A stretch of 64,000 bases of DNA from positions 13,256 to 77,255 of the forward strand of contig JAOZHO010000033.1 of assembly GCA_026014875.1 (NCBI GenBank). Direction: 5' to 3'. This document shows positions 37,172 to 45,149 of this stretch, in pieces (the stretch's first letter is position 1; the number at the start of each line of letters is the position of its first letter). The position numbers and the translations under genes are program-made. A model generated the notes under the pieces. That model saw only the letters and a list, made by a program, of their open reading frames with translations. It was not told where the DNA came from and made no database searches. This DNA is from Candidatus Bathyarchaeota archaeon. GTDB taxonomy: Archaea > Thermoproteota > Bathyarchaeia > TCS64.

Positions 37172-37294
37172 CTAGAACCTTCTTGGCGGCCTGTGCTTAG
37201 CAAAGCACTCACGGCAGTAAACCGGCCTGCCCTCTGTTGGCTTGAAGGGGACTTCCGCCTCCTTCCCGCAATCAGAGCAGATGACCTTGGTCAT
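37172..37294 (-). CDS. small zinc-ribbon protein (CxxC-x17-CxxC)
   Basis: MTKVICSDCGKEAEVPFKPTEGRPVYCRECFAKHRPPRRF. Confidence 0.45.
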   Translation of the reverse strand: MTKVICSDCGKEAEVPFKPTEGRPVYCRECFAKHRPPRRF

Positions 37295-37453
37295 CTCACG
37301 CGGGCCGCGGTCTGATCCACCGCGCCTATCTCTATAACCCAATACTTTCACTCCTATTCTGTGTGTATGCTCAGAACGCCTCACGGTGTTCTCCGCACAC
37401 TGCCCACGCATGGGCGATTCTCCCTTTTAAATCATTGCGCACGCGCGCGGGGG

Positions 37454-38260
37454 TCACTTGGTCGCTTTGACGCTGTACATGAGGGGGAGGTCGTATCCGG
37501 GGAGTCTGCTGTAGCCGTCCTCCCCTGGCTCCATGAAGGCAAACTGAGTGTCGTCGACGCTGAAGGGGTACTCCCCGAGCTCCCGGATAGTGAGGCCGGC
37601 GCCGATGAGGGCGTTAACCACCTCGCTCATGGGATGGGCCCATTCATAGGAGCCCTTGTTTTCCACCTTCGCGTCGGGATCAGCGTAGGAGCCCTCTGCC
37701 TCGTAGTAGTCGGGCTCCTTTCCCTGCCAGTAGCGGTACTTGACCTTGAGCTCCGAGGGAAACTCGTAGTCGAAGACCCACATGAACGGGTGGAATTCGG
37801 CCATGAAGAAGGTGCCCCCGGGTCTGAGGTAGCGGGAGACGATATCCGCCCACGCCTCCATGTCGTGGAGCCAGCAAAGGACCCCGTAGCTGGTGAAGAC
37901 GACGTCGAACTTTCCGTCGAGATGTTTGGGGAAATCGTAGACGTTGCTGCAGATGAACTCGGCATCTACGCCGATCCTTGCGGCGAGGCTCCTAGCGAGC
38001 TCGATGGCGGTTTCGCTGAAGTCGACCCCGGTGACCCGGGCTCCGAGGCGCCCCCAACTCAGCGTGTCCAGGCCGAAGTGGCACTGGAGATGGAGAAGGG
38101 ACTTCCCTGAGACGTCCCCCAGGGCCTCGAGCTCGATACTGTGGAGGCTGTTCTTACCGGCGATGAACCCATCCAGATCGTACTCGTCCGACTTTACGTG
38201 GATGCCGACCAGCTCGTTCCAACGCCGCTTGTTCACGGTGTAGTACTTCTCCATGGACAC
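37454..38260 (-). CDS. class I SAM-dependent methyltransferase (paralog 1)
   Basis: SAM-binding VTGVDFSETAIELA. It is roughly 85 percent identical to the 45150..45950 product. Confidence 0.8.
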   Translation of the reverse strand: MSMEKYYTVNKRRWNELVGIHVKSDEYDLDGFIAGKNSLHSIELEALGDVSGKSLLHLQCHFGLDTLSWGRLGARVTGVDFSETAIELARSLAARIGVDAEFICSNVYDFPKHLDGKFDVVFTSYGVLCWLHDMEAWADIVSRYLRPGGTFFMAEFHPFMWVFDYEFPSELKVKYRYWQGKEPDYYEAEGSYADPDAKVENKGSYEWAHPMSEVVNALIGAGLTIRELGEYPFSVDDTQFAFMEPGEDGYSRLPGYDLPLMYSVKATK

Positions 38261-38380
38261 CCCTCTTCCGAGTTGATACGCTATCTGACTTCGACCTTAT
38301 TAATCGGGATGTATTGAGAAACGAGCCGCGCGCGCAGGTAAATGAGATGCAATAAAACGCGCGCGTTCCCAAAATGTCAT

Positions 38381-38424
38381 AGGTGCTTTTCTACCTCAAG
38401 TTGAAAGCCCGCCCGAGGCTCCAT
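38381..38424 (+). repeat. 36-nt intergenic repeat, copy B. It ends with a 16/17 copy of the tRNA-Thr 3' end
   Basis: aggtgcttttctacctcaagttgaaagcccgcccgaggctccat. Confidence 0.55.
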
Positions 38425-38572
38425 AATCAGTGAGCATCCGGATTAGGCGTACTTATGCACGGTAGAATAGGATTAGGAACTCAAGATCACGGGCCTCGAG
38501 ACGGGCACGTCGAAAAAGGTTTTAAAATGGGGGCAATGGATAACGCCACGTGACGAACTCGGGGGTTGCTGC

Positions 38573-39580
38573 TTGCTAGATCTGGACGCACTGAAGAAGG
38601 GAGGAATCTCCGTCCAGGAGGCGGAGAACATCCTGTCCCTCGACGGCCTCCCCCAGACCATACTGGACATCGCAGGCTCTCTCAGGGATGAACGCCTCGG
38701 GCGGGAGCTCCGGTTCCACATCCCCCAGCCCCGGTTCCCCAGCGTCTCAGTCACCGGCGCCAAGTGCGCCCTGAGATGCGAGCACTGCGGAGGCCACTTC
38801 CTCACCGGGATGGAGAACACCGACACCCCGGAGAAGCTCAAAGGCTTCTGCTCCAGGCTCGACGCCGAGGGAGGAGTCGGAGTCCTCGTGAGCGGCGGCT
38901 CGGACCCCCGGGGCCGTGTCCCCCTCGAAGGATTCCTCGACGCAATCACATGGGTGAAGGAGAACACCTCACTCATAGTCAACCTCCACACCGGGCTCCT
39001 GGACCCCCGGCAAGCGGAGGCCATAGCCTCCACCGGGGCCGACATTGTCTCCACGGACGTCGTGGGGAGCGACGACACCATCAAACGGGTCTACGGGCTG
39101 GACGCAACCGTCGAAGACTACGCCGAGACCCTGATCAATCTGAGAGACGCCCGGGCGCCCCACATCGTCCCCCACGTCTGCGCAGGGCTGGACTTCGGGG
39201 AGATCAAGGGAGAGGCCAGAGCCCTGGAGATCATGAAGGACATCGACCCCGAGACCATCGTCATCCTCGCCCTGATCCCGACGAAGGGGACGGGCATGGA
39301 GGACGTGACGCCCCCCTCCGTCGAGGCAATCGCCAAGACAGTGGCCGCGGCGAGGCTGATGCACGGCGACGCCAGCGTCGCCATGGGGTGCATGCGCCCC
39401 AGAACCGAGAAGCCCCTGGGGGAGAGGCTCGCACTCATGGCCGGCGCCGACAGGATCGTCCTCCCCTCCAGATCCACGGTGGAGTACGCCCTCAGAGAAG
39501 GATTCACTGTGAAGCACCTGGACGGCTGCTGCGCCATACCCAAAGGGCTAGAACACCTCGCCCTGAGGGATGAGCCCTAG
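38573..39580 (+). CDS. radical SAM protein, LipS-type (BioB-like) lipoyl synthase component
   Basis: CxxxCxxC motif (CALRCEHC). It flanks a lipoate-protein ligase gene. The start is TTG. Confidence 0.6.
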   Translation: MLDLDALKKGGISVQEAENILSLDGLPQTILDIAGSLRDERLGRELRFHIPQPRFPSVSVTGAKCALRCEHCGGHFLTGMENTDTPEKLKGFCSRLDAEGGVGVLVSGGSDPRGRVPLEGFLDAITWVKENTSLIVNLHTGLLDPRQAEAIASTGADIVSTDVVGSDDTIKRVYGLDATVEDYAETLINLRDARAPHIVPHVCAGLDFGEIKGEARALEIMKDIDPETIVILALIPTKGTGMEDVTPPSVEAIAKTVAAARLMHGDASVAMGCMRPRTEKPLGERLALMAGADRIVLPSRSTVEYALREGFTVKHLDGCCAIPKGLEHLALRDEP

Positions 39581-39602
39581 CAGCTAGGCGAAGCGACTCC
39601 AT

Positions 39603-40439
39603 CTATCTGACGTGGGTCCACTCGTCCCCGGTGTATCGCGACATCAAACCCTCGGCCGCTTCACGCTCGAACGGGGACAGCTCCCCCGGCGTGAACCCGA
39701 GATTCAATGCTCTCCCGAATCCCCGGGTCAGAGCCTCGACAGCTTCATCGAAGGGCACCACTCGACCCACCACCTCGTCCAAAGCTATCGCTCTCTCCAG
39801 GAGTTTACCCCGGAGCGCAACCCTGTCCGGCTCCGGCAAGACCAGAACGTCGACGAGGCGCGACACGTCCCCCTCCAACGGCAATGCGCCATGCTGCAGA
39901 ACCACCCCGTTCCTGCGAACCTGGGCGCTCCCGACGAGCTTCCGCCCGTACGCCGTCACCTCGTAATGAGAGGGCACGTCGAAACAGGCCGCCGATTTCT
40001 CGGACCCGCCATCGGTTTCCATGCGGTCCGCCTGGACGACGCCGCCATGGAGTGTCCTGAGCCCCTCGACCAGCCCCAGGCTCAGCCTGCGATACGACGT
40101 TATGATGTCACCTGCCACCCGGGCCTCCCCCTGGGGAGCCACGATGCTGTAGGTCAGCTCGTCGATGTGGAGTATCGCCCGGCCCCCGGTGGGGCGCCGC
40201 ACCCAGGTGTACCCCCGCTCCCGGCACCTGTCCAGGTCGACCTCCTTGCGGACCGATTGAGAGTACCCCACGGAGACGCAGGGAGGAGCCCATCCGTAGA
40301 ACCTCAGCGTGGGCGGGGACCTGTTCTCGGCCACCGACCGCATGAGGGCCTCGTCGATGGCCATGTTGACGGCGCCGTCGGAGACCCCCGTGTTGACCAG
40401 CCGCCAAGTCGCATGCGGTAGGTTGCTTGGGTCTTCCAT
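39603..40439 (-). CDS. lipoate--protein ligase / octanoyltransferase (LplA/LipM family)
   Basis: RPTGGRAILH with the catalytic-Lys region. HGALPLEGD. Confidence 0.75.
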   Translation of the reverse strand: MEDPSNLPHATWRLVNTGVSDGAVNMAIDEALMRSVAENRSPPTLRFYGWAPPCVSVGYSQSVRKEVDLDRCRERGYTWVRRPTGGRAILHIDELTYSIVAPQGEARVAGDIITSYRRLSLGLVEGLRTLHGGVVQADRMETDGGSEKSAACFDVPSHYEVTAYGRKLVGSAQVRRNGVVLQHGALPLEGDVSRLVDVLVLPEPDRVALRGKLLERAIALDEVVGRVVPFDEAVEALTRGFGRALNLGFTPGELSPFEREAAEGLMSRYTGDEWTHVR

Positions 40440-40453
40440 GATGTGGACGCCTC

Positions 40454-41455
40454 CTATTTTCTCCTATCCCTCAATCCCAACCGCTCGGCCTCCCTCGCCG
40501 CCTCCTCCGGGGTGAGGCTCCTGGGATAGTTGAATAATGGACCCGAGGGCCTCTCGTTGTAGAAGGGCCTGTTGCACCCGGGGCAGCCGCTGGTGCAGAA
40601 AGCATCACCTTTCCCGAGGGCCCCCGCGAGGACGCCGGGATCGGCTCCGAAGCCGACGATGGCGCCCCCGTCGTCGAACTCCATGTCCCCGGATCGGGCG
40701 TGCCTGAGGGTGATCAGGTGCCTGGCGGTCTGGACCCGCCTGTATGAGTCCAGGGGGGGCTGGGGATGGCCCTGGAGGTTGGTGCCCCGGATCGGGGTGA
40801 AGGCGAAGAGGGCGGTCTGGACGCCCATGTCCATCAGCGCCTGGATGAAGTTTGCGGCCTCCTCCTCGGTCTCCCCGATGCCGATGATCAGATTCGACAT
40901 CACCCTGCCCCGCCCGAATAGCTCCACCGCCTCCCCCAGCGCCTCCATGTGATCGTCCCAGCTGAAGGGGCCCCCCACCTCCGATCCCTTCACCTTGTCG
41001 AAGAGCACGGAAGTCGCCCCGTCTAGGGGGATGCCTATGCGGTCCAGGCCCGCCTCCTTCAGCTTCCGCATCTGCTCCCCGGTGAGGGGGCACGTGTCGA
41101 GGGAGACAGGGGTATCGGTGGCGGCCCCTATTCCCCGGAGGAGGGCGTGGACGTCCTCGAAGAAGCCGGGGTAGTTGACGGCCTGGATGCAGACGCGCCT
41201 CAGCTCCCGTTCCGGCGCACGGCCCAGGGCCTCCATGACATCGGTGCTGGGGTACGTGGGCCAGAGGACCCGGGATAGGCGGGACTTGTCGGTAGGACTC
41301 TCCCTGGCCTGGGGGCAGAAGGTGCAGTTGCCCACGCATCCGTCCTCGGTGTGGGTCATGAGGTAGGCAGTGGTAGGCTTAACCTTGAGCATTATATTGT
41401 CCAGCCCCAGCAGCCCCACGGTGCCGGTGCTCACCCTCACCTTCTCCGGTATCAT
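40454..41455 (-). CDS. radical SAM protein, LipS-type lipoyl synthase component
   Basis: N-terminal CVGNCTFC and a C-terminal auxiliary CTSGCPGC cluster. Confidence 0.6.
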   Translation of the reverse strand: MIPEKVRVSTGTVGLLGLDNIMLKVKPTTAYLMTHTEDGCVGNCTFCPQARESPTDKSRLSRVLWPTYPSTDVMEALGRAPERELRRVCIQAVNYPGFFEDVHALLRGIGAATDTPVSLDTCPLTGEQMRKLKEAGLDRIGIPLDGATSVLFDKVKGSEVGGPFSWDDHMEALGEAVELFGRGRVMSNLIIGIGETEEEAANFIQALMDMGVQTALFAFTPIRGTNLQGHPQPPLDSYRRVQTARHLITLRHARSGDMEFDDGGAIVGFGADPGVLAGALGKGDAFCTSGCPGCNRPFYNERPSGPLFNYPRSLTPEEAAREAERLGLRDRRK

Positions 41456-41618
41456 CCTCTTTACCCAGGCGATTCAGGAAATATCCGAGCCCAGGGATAT
41501 ATACATCTTTACTCCCGGAGGGGGTAAAGGTCGCGCCCGTCAAATTCTAGGAGGCCATGTTTCTCGTCCACATTTCAACCTTCGGCAGGGGATACTATTA
41601 TTTTGAGTATACCGGCAT

Positions 41619-42833
41619 ATGTCATGCTGTAGAGAAGGGAGTCATTTGACATTTAGATACAAGAGCAAGGCCCTGGAGAGGCTGGGCGTGAGGTCCTGGA
41701 TCAACGCGAAGAACTGGGCCACGGTCATCGGGGGCACCTGGTTGGACGACCGGGTTCTGGAGGCCATGGACGAGGTGGCCAAGACATTCGTCGACATGTA
41801 CGAGCTGATATCCAAGGTGGACGAGAGGATAGCTGAGCTCTGCCACGTCGAGGAGGCCCACATCTCAACGGGGAGCGGCGCATGCATGGGCCTCGCAGTC
41901 GCCGGCTGCATGGCTGGAACCGACTACTCGAAGTGGATGAGGCTGCCCCACACGGAGGGGATGAGGAACGAGGTCGTGATGGCGCGGGGGCACAACATCG
42001 CCTACACGCCCCAGTGGACCGCCTCCGGGGCCCGGGTCGTGGAGTACGGCCAGGCGGGGTCCCTCGGGCCCTTCACTCGGGAGCTTGAGGCTGCCATAGG
42101 TGAGGACACATGCTGCGTGGCCCATACCCTCTCATATAACGTCGTTCCCCGGGGGTTCATCCCCCTAGACTCGGTCGTGGAGGCAGCTCATGGTCACGAC
42201 CTCCCCGTTGTGGTGGACGCCGCGTCCATGCTTCCCCCCGTCGGGAATCTTCACAAGTTCGTGGACGAGGGCGCCGACATCGTGATCTTCAGCGGCGGCA
42301 AAGCCATCAAGGCTCCCAACAACACCGGGATGATGCTTGGAAACGGCAGGGGGGCTGAGATCATCAGGGCGGTCAGGGAGCATTCTTTCCCTAACTCGGG
42401 CTGGGGGAGGGGCTTCAAGGTCAGCAAGGAGCAGATAGTGGGCCTCGTCACGGCCCTGGAGATATTCGTCGAGGAGGGGGACTCCTTCTACGCTGAGCAG
42501 ATGAGGGTGGTCGAGAGCATCGCGGAGGAGCTCAGGGGCCTCCCCGGCATAGAAGTCCGAATACTGCCCAACGACGAGTCCTTCCATGAGCACGTCTACT
42601 ACCCCCACGTCCCAAGGGTCCTCCTGGAGTGGGGCCCAGAGCTCGGGTTCACGGGCGTGGACGTCGACGAGGCGATGGCGAAGGAGGATCCACCAATCTT
42701 CCTGAGGAGCGGGAAGTACTATAGCTACTTCACGAAAAAGGAGTGGCGCCAGGTCGACCCCTACTACCTCAGGGACGGTGAATGGCAGATCGTCGCTCAG
42801 AGGCTTCGACGTGTACTAGAAGAATTGACTTGA
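41619..42833 (+). CDS. PLP-dependent SelA-like (L-seryl-tRNA(Sec) selenium transferase family) protein
   Basis: FSGGKAIKAPNNTG matches the SelA-type Lys region. Confidence 0.45.
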   Translation: MSCCREGSHLTFRYKSKALERLGVRSWINAKNWATVIGGTWLDDRVLEAMDEVAKTFVDMYELISKVDERIAELCHVEEAHISTGSGACMGLAVAGCMAGTDYSKWMRLPHTEGMRNEVVMARGHNIAYTPQWTASGARVVEYGQAGSLGPFTRELEAAIGEDTCCVAHTLSYNVVPRGFIPLDSVVEAAHGHDLPVVVDAASMLPPVGNLHKFVDEGADIVIFSGGKAIKAPNNTGMMLGNGRGAEIIRAVREHSFPNSGWGRGFKVSKEQIVGLVTALEIFVEEGDSFYAEQMRVVESIAEELRGLPGIEVRILPNDESFHEHVYYPHVPRVLLEWGPELGFTGVDVDEAMAKEDPPIFLRSGKYYSYFTKKEWRQVDPYYLRDGEWQIVAQRLRRVLEELT

Positions 42834-43020
42834 GCCTCGCCCCCAAGTCGAGTACCCGTAGAGCCGAGCAGAATCTAGGCGTTACAGAGTGTAATGCCAT
42901 GAGAGAGTATCCAGATCAAGCCCCGACTTCACCCGAACGAAGATATCCCACGGCGTCGAATTCCCAATGATAAAATAATCTGATGCAAAAGGGTACTTGT
43001 CGAACCTTCTAGTTGATGGC

Positions 43021-43128
43021 ATGAACCTTGGAACCATCATAGGCCTCGTCACCGCCTTCATCATACTTCTGCTACTATTCATTTTCAGCGTGATAGCCTG
43101 GGAACTGTTCAGACGCGACTTCGATTGA
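43021..43128 (+). CDS. 35-aa single-TM peptide (not in ORF track)
   Basis: MNLGTIIGLVTAFIILLLLFIFSVIAWELFRRDFD. Confidence 0.25.
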   Translation: MNLGTIIGLVTAFIILLLLFIFSVIAWELFRRDFD

Positions 43129-43166
43129 CGGGAATACGCTTGTCAGAGAGGTCGCGCCCATCCGTT

Positions 43167-44474
43167 CTAGGAGACCATGTTCCTGGGCTCTTGGATGAAG
43201 AAGGCCGGGACCAGGGAGATGAGCGTCATCGCCGCGATGTATGTGAAGCCCCAGTTGAAGCTGTAGAACTCGACGATGTAACCGAAGATCGCGCTGGAGA
43301 AGGAGGCGATGGTGAACCCTATGGTGAAGTAGAACCCGAAGATCTGGTCCAACTGGGTCCGTTCCACGCTGTCGCTTAAAACGCTCTGCACCACCACGGT
43401 CTGCACCAGGAATCCTATGGCGAAGAGGAGCGCTGCGAGGGCCCAGAACCCCGTCACGTAGTTCAGGAGGAAGTAGCCCAGGCCGCTCATCGCGGTTACC
43501 CCGATGATTAGGGGCTTGCGGTTCACCCTGTCGGAGACGTTCCCCCAGAAAAAGGGACCGAAGATGCCCCCCGCGAGCAATATGCTGTAGAGGAGGCCGC
43601 TCTTCTCAGCGGTGAAGCCCAAGATGTCGATGAAGTAGAGGGGGAGGAAGGCCCGGACCCCCATCCTGAAGGCCATTACGCTCCGGAGGACGCTGATGGA
43701 GAGCACGTTCCGGTTCCTCAACGCCTCCCGGAGACTGGCCCAGGAAAGGGAGTCCCTAGTCTTCGCCTCCGAGGAGCTCGACCCCTTTACGAAGAAAATG
43801 AGGATCAGTGAGAACACGAGAGCGGGGAGGGAGAGGATCGCTAAGGCCGGCCTCCAGCCCATCAACGTCAGCATATACGCCGTTATGAGGGGGGTGAACG
43901 TGAACGCCAAGGAGGGAATAGACTGGTTGAGCCCCAGCATCCGCCCCCGCTTCGAGGGATCGGTCGCCGAGGTGACCAAGGAGGCGCCCACGGGGTGCTG
44001 GGGGCTGCTCCCGATACCCCCGAGGATCCTGAACCCGAAGAACTGGAGGAAGCCCCGGCTCATCCCGGCCAGGATGTTCATCACCGCGTTGATCAGGTTA
44101 CCGACGCCGAGGAGCATCCTTCCGCTGGTCCAGCGCCGAAGGTACCCGACGAACATCTGGGGGAACCCGGTCGCGAAGGTGTTGGCGGACCGGAGGAGGC
44201 CCAGCTGGGAGTAGGAGAGCGAGAACTCGGCCATGATCTCGGGGTAGAGCATGGGCATCGCCCCGCTGATCATGTGGTTCAGCATGTGCAGTATGATCGC
44301 GACCCAGACCATGAGCGATGACTGTTTATCCTTCTTTTCGGGTGTATCCACATCGATCAATCCGAATAGAGGAGAGAGATACAGCAGGCCCCATATATGG
44401 TTAGCTGTCCGGTTCGCCGGGTCACAGGCTCGAGACCTCGGGCAAGGATATTGGATCAGGTTTAGAGGAAACAC
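43167..44474 (-). CDS. MFS transporter
   Basis: Twelve TM helices. The true start may be the internal Met near 44312. Confidence 0.7.
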   Translation of the reverse strand: MFPLNLIQYPCPRSRACDPANRTANHIWGLLYLSPLFGLIDVDTPEKKDKQSSLMVWVAIILHMLNHMISGAMPMLYPEIMAEFSLSYSQLGLLRSANTFATGFPQMFVGYLRRWTSGRMLLGVGNLINAVMNILAGMSRGFLQFFGFRILGGIGSSPQHPVGASLVTSATDPSKRGRMLGLNQSIPSLAFTFTPLITAYMLTLMGWRPALAILSLPALVFSLILIFFVKGSSSSEAKTRDSLSWASLREALRNRNVLSISVLRSVMAFRMGVRAFLPLYFIDILGFTAEKSGLLYSILLAGGIFGPFFWGNVSDRVNRKPLIIGVTAMSGLGYFLLNYVTGFWALAALLFAIGFLVQTVVVQSVLSDSVERTQLDQIFGFYFTIGFTIASFSSAIFGYIVEFYSFNWGFTYIAAMTLISLVPAFFIQEPRNMVS

Positions 44475-44492
44475 CTGAACAGGATCATGGCG

Positions 44493-45050
44493 TCACAGCT
44501 TCACGCTGATCTCGATACCATCCGACCCGCTCCTATGGAAAGTGCTCTCGTATTTTCCCGAGTCCCTCACGTGACCCAGGTAGCCCCTCATCGATCTCGA
44601 CATGAAGCCAACGTTGTCCGCGACCACCACTCCCCCGCTGCGAAGTTTATCCTCGACGAGCCGGAGATAGTCGAGGTACTGGTGCTTCGCGGCGTCCAGG
44701 AAGACCATGTCGAAGGAGCCTTCCAGGGTCGGGATGATCTCCAGGGCGTCCCCCACCAGAACTTTAATTATGGCGGTCAGCTCGGCCCGGGAGATGTTGG
44801 CCCTCGCCTGCTCGGCCTCGTCCCTGTCGTACTCGATGGTGACGATCTCCGAGCCCTCCCCGAGCTCTCTCCCCATGAGTATCGCGGAGTAGCCCACGAG
44901 GGTGCCCACCTCCAGGATGCGCCTCGGCCGGTATCTACGCACAGCCTCGATGAGAACCCGCCCCCGGCTGGGCCCGATTATGGGGAGATACCGACCATGG
45001 GCTGACCTCTCGATCTCCTCGAGGATCTCATCGGCCTTGCTCTGCGCCAT
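44493..45050 (-). CDS. class I SAM-dependent O-methyltransferase (family 3-like)
   Basis: ILEVGTLVGYSAI...VFLDAAKHQY. Confidence 0.7.
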   Translation of the reverse strand: MAQSKADEILEEIERSAHGRYLPIIGPSRGRVLIEAVRRYRPRRILEVGTLVGYSAILMGRELGEGSEIVTIEYDRDEAEQARANISRAELTAIIKVLVGDALEIIPTLEGSFDMVFLDAAKHQYLDYLRLVEDKLRSGGVVVADNVGFMSRSMRGYLGHVRDSGKYESTFHRSGSDGIEISVKL

Positions 45051-45149
45051 CAGGTCCGGGTTTCCCGGGGGCCCGGATAAGGGTTATGCGGCCTCTTGTT
45101 TCTATCAGGGGGTGTTGAGTGCGACAGGGCCCTAAACGGTGCTGGAGGG

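Larger units (their letters stand above)
26139..38424. mobile_element. putative composite of integrated-element remnants anchored at tRNA-Thr (no integrase in window)
   Basis: Several degenerate direct copies of the tRNA-Thr 3' end. A 36-nt repeat family. The distal half has lower GC. ACGCGCGCG palindromes are enriched here. Confidence 0.3.

Noticed and set aside
37190-37210. Hairpin GTGCTTagcAAAGCAC as a terminator
   Set aside because: It lies inside the coding sequence of the zinc-ribbon gene (…CFAKHRPP).
35150-38424. 36-nt repeats as a CRISPR array
   Set aside because: The copies are 1.5-1.7 kb apart, with full genes between them. There are no regular spacers and no cas genes.
26139-38424. 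Integrase or transposase genes within the putative island
   Set aside because: No ORF with tyrosine-recombinase motifs (R..HxxR..Y) or transposase DDE motifs was recognised. The element is therefore called only as remnants.
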